Of a stretch of 64,000 nt of DNA, positions 51,665 to 61,007 are shown one piece after another (within the stretch, counting starts at the first letter, position 1; each line of letters opens with the position of its first letter). Source of the DNA: Candidatus Micrarchaeota archaeon (GTDB lineage: Archaea > Micrarchaeota > Micrarchaeia > Anstonellales > Bilamarchaeaceae); NCBI GenBank assembly GCA_038046765.1, contig JBBSVN010000005.1, positions 64,001-128,000 on the forward strand, written 5' to 3'. The notes beneath the pieces are model-generated. The model saw only the letters and a list, made by a program, of their open reading frames with translations. It searched no databases and was not told where the DNA came from. The position numbers and the translations under genes were made by a program.

Positions 51665-52588
51665 TTATTTCTTAAAATGCCATGTATGGCAAATTCCGTT
51701 TTTGCATAATATATTTTCTACCTGAAACGTCGTATGAGATATGAATAATTCTTTTTTTAACCTTTCGTTAATTGCTTCGACTAATGTCTTAGTCTTTGAA
51801 ATTCTTATATCTTCCATTACAATGTGTGCCGTTATGTATCGAATATCGCTACAAATGCTCCATATATGTACATCATGGACATCTTTAACCTGTTTAAATC
51901 TTTTAATTATTTTTATTACTTTTTCAGGTTGCAGCTCTTTTGGGGCAGATTCCAAAAGAATACTTAATGAATTTCTTATAATATAGTAAGAACTGCTACC
52001 AATAATAAATGCAATTAAAAGGGAAACTACTCCATCGATAATAGTTAAACCTGTAAAATATATTACTACTGCACTAATTAATACACCAACTGATGAGAGT
52101 GTATCTCCTAATATATGTAGGAATATGCCTTGTATATTGAGATTTTCCTCATTTTTAAGTTGCCATGCCATTATTAGATTTCCAATTAGTCCTAAGCTGG
52201 CTGCCAGAACTATTGGTAATGGACTTATTGGTGCTGGATTTTTTATTCGGTCTATTGCTTCAAAGGCTACAAAAATACCCATTAGTAACAAAAGCAGTCC
52301 ATTAAATAGTGCAGAAAAAACTTCTAGCCTGTGAAAACCGAATGTTCTCCTATCCTCATGTTTTTTTAATGCAAAGTGTAGTGCAATCATGCCTACGATT
52401 ACACTTATTATGTCGCTACTTAAGTGAAATGTATCTCCTAAAAGTGCAAGGCTGTTTGATAAGTAAAATCCAATTGCCTGTATTATTAAAATTACTATAC
52501 TAACCGCAAGTGTTATTCTTAGATGTCTTTGTGTTTCTAGTTCTATATGTTTTTCCTCATCCTTAATTCTTATTGCTTTTTTTGGCAT
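51665..52588 (-). CDS. Cation diffusion facilitator (CzcD/ZitB-like)
   Basis: SLALLGDTFHLSSD, TFGFHRLE, LHILGD, HDVHIW, HTTFQVE. Confidence 0.93.
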   Translation of the reverse strand: MPKKAIRIKDEEKHIELETQRHLRITLAVSIVILIIQAIGFYLSNSLALLGDTFHLSSDIISVIVGMIALHFALKKHEDRRTFGFHRLEVFSALFNGLLLLLMGIFVAFEAIDRIKNPAPISPLPIVLAASLGLIGNLIMAWQLKNEENLNIQGIFLHILGDTLSSVGVLISAVVIYFTGLTIIDGVVSLLIAFIIGSSSYYIIRNSLSILLESAPKELQPEKVIKIIKRFKQVKDVHDVHIWSICSDIRYITAHIVMEDIRISKTKTLVEAINERLKKELFISHTTFQVENILCKNGICHTWHFKK

Positions 52589-52640
52589 ATACTTAGCAAC
52601 TTACTTGATAATTATAAATTTATTCTTACACTATATTATT

Positions 52641-52705
52641 GGATGATCTGAAACTCCGATGATTGGACCAACTTTGCCAAGCGTCTGAGGGGTGGATGGG
52701 ACTGG
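52641..52705 (+). ncRNA. Candidate box C/D-like (kink-turn) small RNA
   Basis: GC-richer island about 23 nt after a TTATAAAT box; ACTCC-GATGA...CTGA-GGGGT geometry. Confidence 0.4.
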
Positions 52706-52753
52706 TAAAATTGCTTAGCTTTTTATTATCTTTTTATCAAATATTTTTATAAT

Positions 52754-52875
52754 AGCCCCATCGTCTAGCGCAATCTTAGAAATAAGCTTGTGGACAACGG
52801 TCAAGGATATCAGGTTCTGGACCTGGGTACACCGGTTCGAAAGATTTTGCAAACTCGAAAATCCGGTTGGGGCTA
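52754..52875 (+). tRNA. tRNA-Gln(CTG) with two introns: D-loop (about 15/16; 52769-52797) and T-loop 59/60 (52842-52861)
   Basis: Acceptor AGCCCCA/TGGGGCT+A, anticodon arm TCAGG-TTCTGGA-CCTGG, T stem ACCGG/CCGGT; central helices GTCT/GGAC and TTCG/CGAA. Confidence 0.93.
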
Positions 52876-53029
52876 TTTTCATTTCCAATTGAACGAAACG
52901 TCGTTCAATGGACTACAAAACGAAAAGTCGTTTTATATGTTCGCAAAAATGAAACGCTAGTAACCCCTTTACTGGTGTTCACTGGATTTTTTTCAATACT
53001 TATAAAAACCCTTATTCTCTAATAATATT

Positions 53030-53218
53030 ATGCAGCTTATCATAAATAACGACAAAAAACAGCTTGAGTTTACTGGTGAAATCCAAAAACTTTTAAAGCA
53101 GGAAAAAATTCGAAGGGAAGAAGTAGTAATAAAAGTGAATGGAAAACTTGCTCCTGAAACTACGATCGTTGGAGATAAAGATACTGTTGAAATCATTAAG
53201 GTCGTATTCGGTGGCTAA
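53030..53218 (+). CDS. ThiS/MoaD-family sulfur carrier (TtuB/SAMP-like)
   Basis: 62 aa, VNG, C-terminal GG; directly upstream of a TtuA/Ncs6 gene. Confidence 0.9.
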   Translation: MQLIINNDKKQLEFTGEIQKLLKQEKIRREEVVIKVNGKLAPETTIVGDKDTVEIIKVVFGG

Positions 53219-53251
53219 TGGCTAAATGCCAAGGGCTAAAAGCTGATTAAT

Positions 53252-54172
53252 ATGCAATGTTCTAAATGCAAATTAGATGCAATAATATACTTACCATACT
53301 GCAAAACCCATTTTTGTGCAACTCATTTCAATAAAATGTTCGAAAAAAGATTTCGAGCTACGATTCGAACATCTAATCTAATTAAAAAAGGAGAGCGAAT
53401 TGCTGTTGCGTTATCTGGAGGTAAGGACAGCGTAGTTTTAATGCACTTGCTTGCTAAATTCCAGAAACTTCTACCTTTTGAATTAGTTGCGGTTACGATT
53501 GATGAAGGGATTGCTAATTATCGGAGTAAAACTTTAGATGTAGCCGAACGAGAAGCAAAAAAATTAGGGATTGAACATAAAGTATTCTCATTCAAAAAAG
53601 AAACTGACCTCACTCTTGATGAAATAATGGTAAAGAAAAAAGAGTCCATTCCATGCAGTTACTGCGGAGTAATCCGAAGATACATGATTAATAAAGCGGC
53701 TAGGGAAGTTCAAGCAGACAAAGTCGCAGTAGGGCATAACCTGGATGATATTGCTCAAACTGTTTTGATGAACGTAATGAGAAACGAACCAATACGCTTA
53801 GCCAGATTAGCTGATCCATTAATTGATGATGAAAAATTAATTCCAAGAATTCGTCCGCTTATGCGTTCACCCGAAAAAGAAATTGCTATATATTCGATCG
53901 TTAACGGAATTGAAATTCATTTTGATGAGTGTCCCTATGCCAGGCATGCTTTTAGGGCGCACATTCGAGATCAATTAAATGAAACCGAAGAAAAGTATCC
54001 TGGGTCAAAGTTTAAAATTCTAAATAGTTTACTTTCACTACATCCAATTCTACAAAAAGGATTGGAAAATCGAACTTTTGAAATGAAACACTGCAAAATT
54101 TGTAAGGAACCTTCTGGACAGGATATTTGCATGTTTTGTAGTATGCTGGAGGATATTAGGAATACGGAATAA
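53252..54172 (+). CDS. tRNA 2-thiolation enzyme, TtuA/Ncs6 family
   Basis: PP-loop SGGKDS, CSYCGV, GHNLDD, CPY, terminal zinc fingers. Confidence 0.92.
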   Translation: MQCSKCKLDAIIYLPYCKTHFCATHFNKMFEKRFRATIRTSNLIKKGERIAVALSGGKDSVVLMHLLAKFQKLLPFELVAVTIDEGIANYRSKTLDVAEREAKKLGIEHKVFSFKKETDLTLDEIMVKKKESIPCSYCGVIRRYMINKAAREVQADKVAVGHNLDDIAQTVLMNVMRNEPIRLARLADPLIDDEKLIPRIRPLMRSPEKEIAIYSIVNGIEIHFDECPYARHAFRAHIRDQLNETEEKYPGSKFKILNSLLSLHPILQKGLENRTFEMKHCKICKEPSGQDICMFCSMLEDIRNTE

Positions 54173-54180
54173 CAGAGTAA

Positions 54181-54591
54181 TTATTTTCTAAGTAAATTAA
54201 GAAGGTCAGTAGTTGTTACAATTTTAACTATATTTTGCTTTTCTTTTAAAGCAGCGTCATAAGTCCATAAACCAGCGCCCAAATACATTGCGAGTGCTAA
54301 AAATGGCCAATCATCAGGATCAGGCGTAAATTTCAAGACTTCTTCTTTGTATTTCATATAATCCTCTTCAGGCACAATTGTGAGTTTAGAAAAAATAATT
54401 GAAAGAATTGTATGAAATTCTTCATCTTTGTACTGCGATTTTTTCATTATTTCATTCTTATGTTTCTCAATTTCATCTCTTACGTACTCTGGAGCATAGC
54501 ATACAAATGCACGATTAAAAAGAACTTCTTGAGTTATCGATCGTTTTAGTGCTGCAGAAATGATTACATTTGTGTCTACTACAAGGAGCAT
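54181..54591 (-). CDS. vapC: PIN-domain toxin (VapC-like)
   Basis: VVDTNVIISA, DPDDWPFLALA, WTYD. Confidence 0.88.
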   Translation of the reverse strand: MLLVVDTNVIISAALKRSITQEVLFNRAFVCYAPEYVRDEIEKHKNEIMKKSQYKDEEFHTILSIIFSKLTIVPEEDYMKYKEEVLKFTPDPDDWPFLALAMYLGAGLWTYDAALKEKQNIVKIVTTTDLLNLLRK

Positions 54592-54593
54592 CC

Positions 54594-54824
54594 TTAAGCC
54601 TCGTGTCTTTTTCTTACGGCTTCTTTAACTTTTTTTGAAATTTCTTCGATATCTCGATCAGTCGCCTTGCTTTTTGAAGTCAGATCTTTAAGTAATTCCA
54701 ATTTATTGATTTGCTCTGCAAATGCTTCTCTAGCTACTTCTGACCAGTTGATTATCTGAAATTCATCCATCTTTGTTTTCATTTCTATTGGTACCGACAC
54801 AGTTATGTTAACCATATTCATCAC
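54594..54824 (-). CDS. Ribbon-helix-helix antitoxin
   Basis: NITVSVP...INWSEVAREA; directly upstream of the PIN gene. Confidence 0.82.
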   Translation of the reverse strand: MMNMVNITVSVPIEMKTKMDEFQIINWSEVAREAFAEQINKLELLKDLTSKSKATDRDIEEISKKVKEAVRKRHEA

Positions 54825-54878
54825 ACAGTATTTATGTGTAAAGAATATTTATAATGTTTTGCCTAGAATAAGTAAATT

Positions 54879-55088
54879 TGGACTCGCAGGGATTTTCAAG
54901 CACCGCCCTTTTCAACACCTCGGTTCTACAAGTATCAAAAAGGGCTGTTGTCACCCCAAAACAAGCTATTCCAAGAATCGTTTCTTAGTAAAACCTGCAA
55001 TGGTTGACCTTCTAAAAAGAAAAGATGGTCTTTGAACCCTGAGTCTCTGCAATGCGAATGCAGCGCCTTACCGTTTGGCCACGAGCCC
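54879..55088 (-). tRNA. tRNA-Ala(CGC) with a 138-nt T-loop (59/60) intron (54893-55030)
   Basis: Acceptor GGGCTCG/CGAGTCC+A with G3-U70, anticodon arm CTGCA-TTCGCAT-TGCAG, T stem CAGGG/CCCTG; central helix TTCA/TGAA. Confidence 0.93.
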
Positions 55089-55145
55089 TATTGTATAAGT
55101 ACTTTGTTGCCAAATCTTTTTAATTCACAGTCTCTAAGTCTAATC

Positions 55146-55670
55146 ATGCAATTTCATTACATTCACGGTACTAATTCGCTTGTTTTCAAAGAAATTTGGC
55201 AAATTTATGAAGAATCTTTTCCGCCTGATGAACGAAGAACTTTGGCACAGCAGGAGGAACTTTTTAATCGGAAAAACTATGTTTTACTTGCAGTCTACAA
55301 AGAAAACAAGCTCGTTGGTTTCATTTCAAACTGGGTCTTAGATAGCTTTTGTTTCGTTGAACATGCTGCAATAAAAAAATCGCACCAGGGCAAAGGATTT
55401 GGAACTAAGAGCTTGGCGCTTTACTTAAAGAAAGTAAATAAAACCTTTATTTTGGAAGTAGAGTTGCCCACCAGTCAAATTGCAAGAAAGCGAATTGATT
55501 TCTACAAGAAGCTTGGGTTTAAGTTAAACGATTTCGATTACGTTCAGCCTTCTTATTCTAAATCTAAAAAGAGCGTTCACCTAATGATTATGAGTTATCC
55601 TAAGGAATTAAAAGGAGATGAATTTGAAGAAATAAAAAAAGAGATTTATAAGAAGATTTATGGGATTTAA
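55146..55670 (+). CDS. GNAT-family N-acetyltransferase
   Basis: YEESFPPDERR, QGKGFG, RIDFYKKLGF; start ATG 55146 because the longer call overlaps tRNA-Ala. Confidence 0.88.
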   Translation: MQFHYIHGTNSLVFKEIWQIYEESFPPDERRTLAQQEELFNRKNYVLLAVYKENKLVGFISNWVLDSFCFVEHAAIKKSHQGKGFGTKSLALYLKKVNKTFILEVELPTSQIARKRIDFYKKLGFKLNDFDYVQPSYSKSKKSVHLMIMSYPKELKGDEFEEIKKEIYKKIYGI

Positions 55671-55697
55671 TAATGCAATGTTAAATGAGGTAAAACT

Positions 55698-56203
55698 ATG
55701 GAATATGCCAAAAAGGATATACTGGATTTAACTTTATAAGAATCTTTATTATTGCACTATCCTTATTTCTAATTGGCTTTGGAACCGTAATGGCTTATTT
55801 TGCTATTCTCACATTAATTGATGTTAATGCACCTCAATTTTTCTCGATTATACTTTTTTCAATTTCTGGATTTTGTATCTGGTGTGGATCTCAATTTTTA
55901 GGGGGAATAAGTAGAATAATAATAAATGGTAGCGAATTTGAAATAGTCGATCTCATCGGAAGAAAACAGAAAATCTATCTTATATCAAAAGCTAAGCTTG
56001 AGTTATTATCTTCTGGTGGTGATTCTAATTATGTTTATCTCTCTCTACAAATATTTCATTCTAAAGGAGTACTTAAATCAATTTCGATCAAGAAGTTCGA
56101 TAACTTTATGAAATTGTTAAAAGATTTAGAACGCATTTCGGGAAAAGAAGTTGAAGGGATTAAATTACTAGATGCAAAAACTGATGAGGATTATCTTTTG
56201 TGA
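55698..56203 (+). CDS. Hypothetical membrane protein, probably frameshifted near the 5' end
   Basis: GAGGT SD plus ATG 55698; one extra A in the A-run near 55710 would join it to the 55790-56203 frame and add a TM helix. Confidence 0.5.
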
Positions 56204-56272
56204 TTACGGAAATTTTATATATTTCCGCTAATTTCCGCTATTTATCCTCTGTAAAATACAATTGCGGAAAAG

Positions 56273-56902
56273 TTAATCACCATGTCTTCTCCCTTCAAAC
56301 CAATCAAACATATCCTGCCTGAGTTTACTTTTTCTTCCATCCGGGTGAGTAAAAACAACACCTTCGACAAAGTGCTTGAATTCTTTGTTTTCCCTTCCGT
56401 TTATCCTATAAGAATAAAGTGGCATAAGTTCCTTGAACCAGTTTGAAATAGTTTCAAAATCTTTTTTGTACTTGCCACTGCTCCAGGATTTATACTGTAA
56501 ATGGTCTTTGCAGTAGGTTTCAAACGGCAACCATAAATGCCCTTTAATGTTGTATGGATTTCCATTTATCTTCTCTCCAATAAGTTCTCCAAAATGCTGG
56601 CCATCTGCAAAGTTTTCCATGTAACCTTTATCATAACTTTCAATTACACCTTTAACTAAATGCATCTGAGTTTTATTAAAAAATGGTACAGGGTTTATTC
56701 TATTCCATATCGAAGTTACTATTCCGTTTTCCATTACAACACTTACATTTGTTCCATGAATTTTTTCTATTGCCATTACGCTTGGATCATTAAATACCCA
56801 TTCATAACCGGAAGTAACTTCGGGGGTAACTAAATATTCTTCCTTTTCATTCATTTTTCGAACGAACGGGGATTCTAGTTTAGGGAAATCGCGTATTTGC
56901 AT
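56273..56902 (-). CDS. Compact ATP-dependent RNA ligase-like nucleotidyltransferase (RLIG1/DUF5565-like)
   Basis: Motif I EKIHGTN, motif III GELIGEKINGNPY, motif IV EGVVF, motif V SKLR. Confidence 0.78.
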   Translation of the reverse strand: MQIRDFPKLESPFVRKMNEKEEYLVTPEVTSGYEWVFNDPSVMAIEKIHGTNVSVVMENGIVTSIWNRINPVPFFNKTQMHLVKGVIESYDKGYMENFADGQHFGELIGEKINGNPYNIKGHLWLPFETYCKDHLQYKSWSSGKYKKDFETISNWFKELMPLYSYRINGRENKEFKHFVEGVVFTHPDGRKSKLRQDMFDWFEGRRHGD

Positions 56903-56924
56903 AAAGTCAGCTCGTTACTTTGTA

Positions 56925-57980
56925 TTAATAAATATAAGATTTTCCAAGCATTTTATTAAACCCAAATTTTTTCCTATTCCTCCAGTTCCCTTTATGGTAA
57001 ACGTAACTCGCGATTAATGGCAATACGCTTCCTGCTTCAGCATAAACCATCTGCTCGTAAGTAGTATCTACCTTACCCCAGGAACTGGCTTCTTTTAAAG
57101 TAGAACTAGAACACGCTCCATCTCGAACATCAGCTACCGTAATCTGTACTGCATATTTATGCATAGGTACATCTTTTCCTAATATTTCAGCACAAATAAC
57201 GGTATCTTGGGCAAAGTTCTTTGGTACCCCTCCACCAATCATGAATAATCCAGAATTTTTAGTTGCCATCTTTACTTTAGTTAACTCGTGAAAATCTCTA
57301 ACTGAATCAATTGAAACATACTTTTCTTTTTTCTCCATTCTTCTAACTTGATGAGACACCAGGCCAAATCCAGCGCTTGAATCAGAAAATGCAGGACAAA
57401 ATATCGGGACATTATGTTCGTACGCAGCTTGAACAAGTGAGTTTTTCTTTTTTGCGTGCTTAGTGCACCATTTTCCCATCTCGTAAATAAATTCACGGGA
57501 TGAATATGGCCTTGGTTCAAGCGTATCAGCTATTTCACCAATCGTTTTATCACAGTGTTGCAACTCTTCCTCGTCAATATATGTATCATAAATTCGATCG
57601 ATATAATTATCTCTTAAATGGCGATCATCGATAGCAGGTATTCCCTTATAATGGTTAAAACCCAGTGCTTCAAAAAAATCCATATCGACTATTGAAGCTC
57701 CTGTAGACACAATTGCATCGATCATATTATTTTTTACTAAATCATGGTAAATTTGCATGCAACCTCCAGCACTGGTACTTCCAGCTAAAGTTAGCATAAT
57801 CGCGCAGTCATCTTCCTTTACCATCATGTCTAAAATGTCTGCAGCACGGGCAGTATCTCGAGAAGTAAAAGACATATCTCTGTAACTGTTAATTATCTTT
57901 GTAGAATCAAATGAAGTAATATCTACATGTTTTACTTTTTCCTTTAATAAATCCTGTTTTTTACTGGTGTTATTTTCCAT
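56925..57980 (-). CDS. Deoxyhypusine synthase family protein
   Basis: IVSTGA, IDRIYD, PIFCPAFSDSS, GGGVPKN, EASSWGK. Confidence 0.9.
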   Translation of the reverse strand: MENNTSKKQDLLKEKVKHVDITSFDSTKIINSYRDMSFTSRDTARAADILDMMVKEDDCAIMLTLAGSTSAGGCMQIYHDLVKNNMIDAIVSTGASIVDMDFFEALGFNHYKGIPAIDDRHLRDNYIDRIYDTYIDEEELQHCDKTIGEIADTLEPRPYSSREFIYEMGKWCTKHAKKKNSLVQAAYEHNVPIFCPAFSDSSAGFGLVSHQVRRMEKKEKYVSIDSVRDFHELTKVKMATKNSGLFMIGGGVPKNFAQDTVICAEILGKDVPMHKYAVQITVADVRDGACSSSTLKEASSWGKVDTTYEQMVYAEAGSVLPLIASYVYHKGNWRNRKKFGFNKMLGKSYIY

Positions 57981-58000
57981 AGCTAAGATATTTGTAAGAA

Positions 58001-58064
58001 AAAAATAAAAATCCAGTAGCTGCGGCTACTAGCTTTTTATTTCAACAAAAATAAAAATCCAGTA
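58001..58064. repeat. Hairpin with 18-bp direct repeat (AAAAGCTAG..CGCA..CTGGATTTTT family)
   Basis: AAAAATAAAAATCCAGTA at 58001-58018 and 58047-58064, with an inverted copy between. Confidence 0.75.
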
Positions 58065-58068
58065 CAAA

Positions 58069-58869
58069 TTATTGTGCATCCTTAACTCTAACTTCTAAGT
58101 TTTCATTTCCAGTTCGTTCTACTTCGAAAATAGTTCTATTATACCCAGCGAATACAAATGTAGCTCGATGACTGTAAGTATTTAAACCATATCTCCAACC
58201 TAAATGATCGCTTATAGCTCTAGATAGGGGTCGTACTTCTATTTTGTCGTTTGTAGTAAATGTTTGCATACCCATATCTATTGCACTTATTCCATCTTTC
58301 TTATCTATTTTTGCACTTTCTTCTGCTGTTAGAATCCTCGGAAGGCAATCTCCATTTGGATCAATTATCTTTCCTACCTGTCTGTCCCTTGTTTTTAATC
58401 CCCAATACCTAGCTACGTTAGTGGCAACTATAACTTTTTTAGGGACTATTATATCTCGTTCGCCTTCCTTTGCAAATTCTTTAAATTCACTTATAAGCAG
58501 TACGGTATTTTTATGCGCTCTTCCAGTAAATTCGCTTTGTGCAAGATGTTTATCTAAATCCACGATCGTTAATTCTGTTTCAGGGTCGCTAACGCTGAGC
58601 CTTCCGCGCTTGAAATAACTACCTAATCCCGGGCATATTACAATTGTATTTAACCATATTGGATGTCTCCATTTCAATCCTCCGGGTTGCGTTATCAACC
58701 TAAAAAAAGGTGTATTTCGTATAATTAAATCCCTGTGAAAATCTTTATTCTCGGGTAAACCCCCTTTATCCTGCATCATTTGATGCGCTTGCAACCATGG
58801 CATCTGAACTCCAGTTGAAACGATCTCTTTTCTTTTTGTTCCGCTTAATTCTAGTTTTATCAAAGTCAT
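58069..58869 (-). CDS. Hypothetical protein
   Basis: ORF; probable start ATG 58869 after GGAGA. Confidence 0.6.
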   Translation of the reverse strand: MTLIKLELSGTKRKEIVSTGVQMPWLQAHQMMQDKGGLPENKDFHRDLIIRNTPFFRLITQPGGLKWRHPIWLNTIVICPGLGSYFKRGRLSVSDPETELTIVDLDKHLAQSEFTGRAHKNTVLLISEFKEFAKEGERDIIVPKKVIVATNVARYWGLKTRDRQVGKIIDPNGDCLPRILTAEESAKIDKKDGISAIDMGMQTFTTNDKIEVRPLSRAISDHLGWRYGLNTYSHRATFVFAGYNRTIFEVERTGNENLEVRVKDAQ

Positions 58870-58955
58870 ACTATCTCCAATTAACATTTGCAAAAACTAG
58901 AATATTATTTTAGTCCAATCGTACGCTGGTTCATTTATAATTAGAACTTATATCG

Positions 58956-59669
58956 CTAAATTTTCTTAAGTACTTTAAAAAATAGTGGAATCAGTTTTGA
59001 TTCTGCTTTCCTTAAATGCTCTGATAATGTTGGTGGAGAAATGCCTATCTGAATCGCCAACTCCTCAAGGCTAACTTTTTTTGGAATATCATAATAACCC
59101 TGGTTGCAAGCTAGTTCAAAAACCTCTCTTTGACGTTCACTTAATAAATCTCTCGCAGAGTTTAAATCAAAAAATCCACTCTTACTAAAAACATCCAAAT
59201 TGACTTTATTCGCTTCCAATATTTTCTTTCTTTTTAATTTTATGTTCCAATCCTGCTCTTCCCAGTTTTTTACTAAGTTCTTTAATTGATTATATGAACT
59301 AGCAAGTAATAGTTCCGTGTCTGCACCTTCTTTTGTTACGGGACTTTCAAGTAATGTTACTCCGCTTTCGTGCAATATTTTCAAAGTCATTGCCTTGTAG
59401 CTCGAAGTTATCTTAAGCAGCGCAGTTTTATTTGTTTTAGTTACTACTTCAAGTTTTTTTACTAATTTATGTCCTCTTAAAAAGTCTATATCTTTGTCTA
59501 TTCTTAAGGATTCTATTTTTACTAAGCTGGTTATGTTGTCGTTCTGTATTCCGAGCGTCCTTATGGTATTTCCGTGTGCGTCCTTACTTTTTTCCGTAAG
59601 ATCAACAAGCCAGCACGGGTGGGAGATATTCACTTCAAAAAATATCAATTCCTTTTTACTTGCTGGCAT
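58956..59669 (-). CDS. Transcription regulator with a Bat-like C-terminal HTH (HTH_10)
   Basis: LSERQREVFELACNQGYYDIPKKVSLEELA...LSEHLRKAESKL; N-terminal HPCW. Confidence 0.9.
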   Translation of the reverse strand: MPASKKELIFFEVNISHPCWLVDLTEKSKDAHGNTIRTLGIQNDNITSLVKIESLRIDKDIDFLRGHKLVKKLEVVTKTNKTALLKITSSYKAMTLKILHESGVTLLESPVTKEGADTELLLASSYNQLKNLVKNWEEQDWNIKLKRKKILEANKVNLDVFSKSGFFDLNSARDLLSERQREVFELACNQGYYDIPKKVSLEELAIQIGISPPTLSEHLRKAESKLIPLFFKVLKKI

Positions 59670-59747
59670 CTCTTCAACTCGTTTTTATTATGTCTGCTTA
59701 ATTGTTTCGTAAAAATAAATCTGTCAAGAAATAAAAAGAAATGCTTA

Positions 59748-60809
59748 TTACTTTCTAAATCTTTCTCTTAACCAGTCAGGCTGATAATATTTCGAAGGAT
59801 TACTCATACGATCTAATTGTTCATAAGCTGATTTAGATTTTCCTTCTGGGTCTTTTTCTGCTATACTAATCAATGCTAGTTTGAACTTGTCAATACTAAA
59901 TTCTTTTATCGCGCGTGTAGCATAATAAAAAGATTCATCTTTTTTAAATCCTAAGGACTTTGCCTGATCTATTATTTGTTGCGCATTCGGGTATATTAAA
60001 AATTCGCAGAAAAATTTAAGTTCTTCTAAATCATATAAAATCGGATATTTTTTCGAATCATTAAATGGATATGCGGGGTGAGTACTTCTCGAATATTTCA
60101 TTGCTTTTTTAACTGTTGTTTCATTGTACGTTCTAAGCAGCTCTATCGCTTCCCTGTTTTTTATTGTTTGAAAATCTATTACATTCGGAATTAAACCTAT
60201 TTCTGCTGCTTTTCTGGTTGTGTCTTCACCGTATAATTTGACTGCCCGTGTACAATCAATAATATCTACCTTATATTTATCTGATATGTCTTTTGCAATT
60301 TTGACATTTTCTTCTCCTAAACTAGAAAGTAATTCTGCTTTTTCTAATACTTTTAATACTTCACTTATTACATAACCTGAATGGCCAGGATAGTATGCAA
60401 TTGTCTGATTTGCGCGTTTAAACTGTTTTCGATATCTTTCGCTAGAATCATTACTAATTATCTTCCTTATCTGTGAATCAAAATCTAAATGCTTTTTTGC
60501 TACATCTATAATAAAATTAGTAATTGGTGCATTGGTTGTTGTACCTACCCTAGCATTTCTCAATTTTTCTAGCTGTGCATTTGCATAATCTAAAATCGCC
60601 GTTTCACTAGTAAATCTACTTGGTTCTTTTGTATCTCCATCTTTTAGATAAATCACTTCACTTTGTGTTTGTTCCATTGTTTGTGTTTCTCTAGCTGGAA
60701 TTGGTCGATATTTATCATAAGCGTATATACTTGCAGTTATCGCTAGTGCTGTAATTATCGATACTGTTGTTAGGTTTACTTTTTCGTTAAGTTTTCTTAG
60801 TAATTTCAT
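59748..60809 (-). CDS. Hypothetical protein with an N-terminal membrane anchor
   Basis: 353-aa ORF; AGGAG SD. Confidence 0.65.
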   Translation of the reverse strand: MKLLRKLNEKVNLTTVSIITALAITASIYAYDKYRPIPARETQTMEQTQSEVIYLKDGDTKEPSRFTSETAILDYANAQLEKLRNARVGTTTNAPITNFIIDVAKKHLDFDSQIRKIISNDSSERYRKQFKRANQTIAYYPGHSGYVISEVLKVLEKAELLSSLGEENVKIAKDISDKYKVDIIDCTRAVKLYGEDTTRKAAEIGLIPNVIDFQTIKNREAIELLRTYNETTVKKAMKYSRSTHPAYPFNDSKKYPILYDLEELKFFCEFLIYPNAQQIIDQAKSLGFKKDESFYYATRAIKEFSIDKFKLALISIAEKDPEGKSKSAYEQLDRMSNPSKYYQPDWLRERFRK

Positions 60810-61007
60810 TTTAACTCCTGTTTTTGGGTAATTCGGATAAATGTTATAATAAGTATATACTTGTAAGTATTTTAAATGCTATCGAAAATAAGAAATTTAC
60901 TATGTTTAGCTAATTCTAAAGCATTAAAAACTATTCTAATAACTAATTATTCTACTACTTTTGCCTTAAGTTTATTCTGGGTAAAATGTCCGTTATTTAT
61001 AAGTTAA

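Noticed and set aside
54805..55145. ORF 54805-55035 and the N-terminal extension of ORF 55032-55670
   Set aside because: Both lie antisense over tRNA-Ala and its intron. The GNAT domain starts at ATG 55146.
56204..56272. Short ATTTCCGCTA tandem and inverted repeats between convergent genes
   Set aside because: A single AT-rich occurrence, adequately explained as a bidirectional terminator region.
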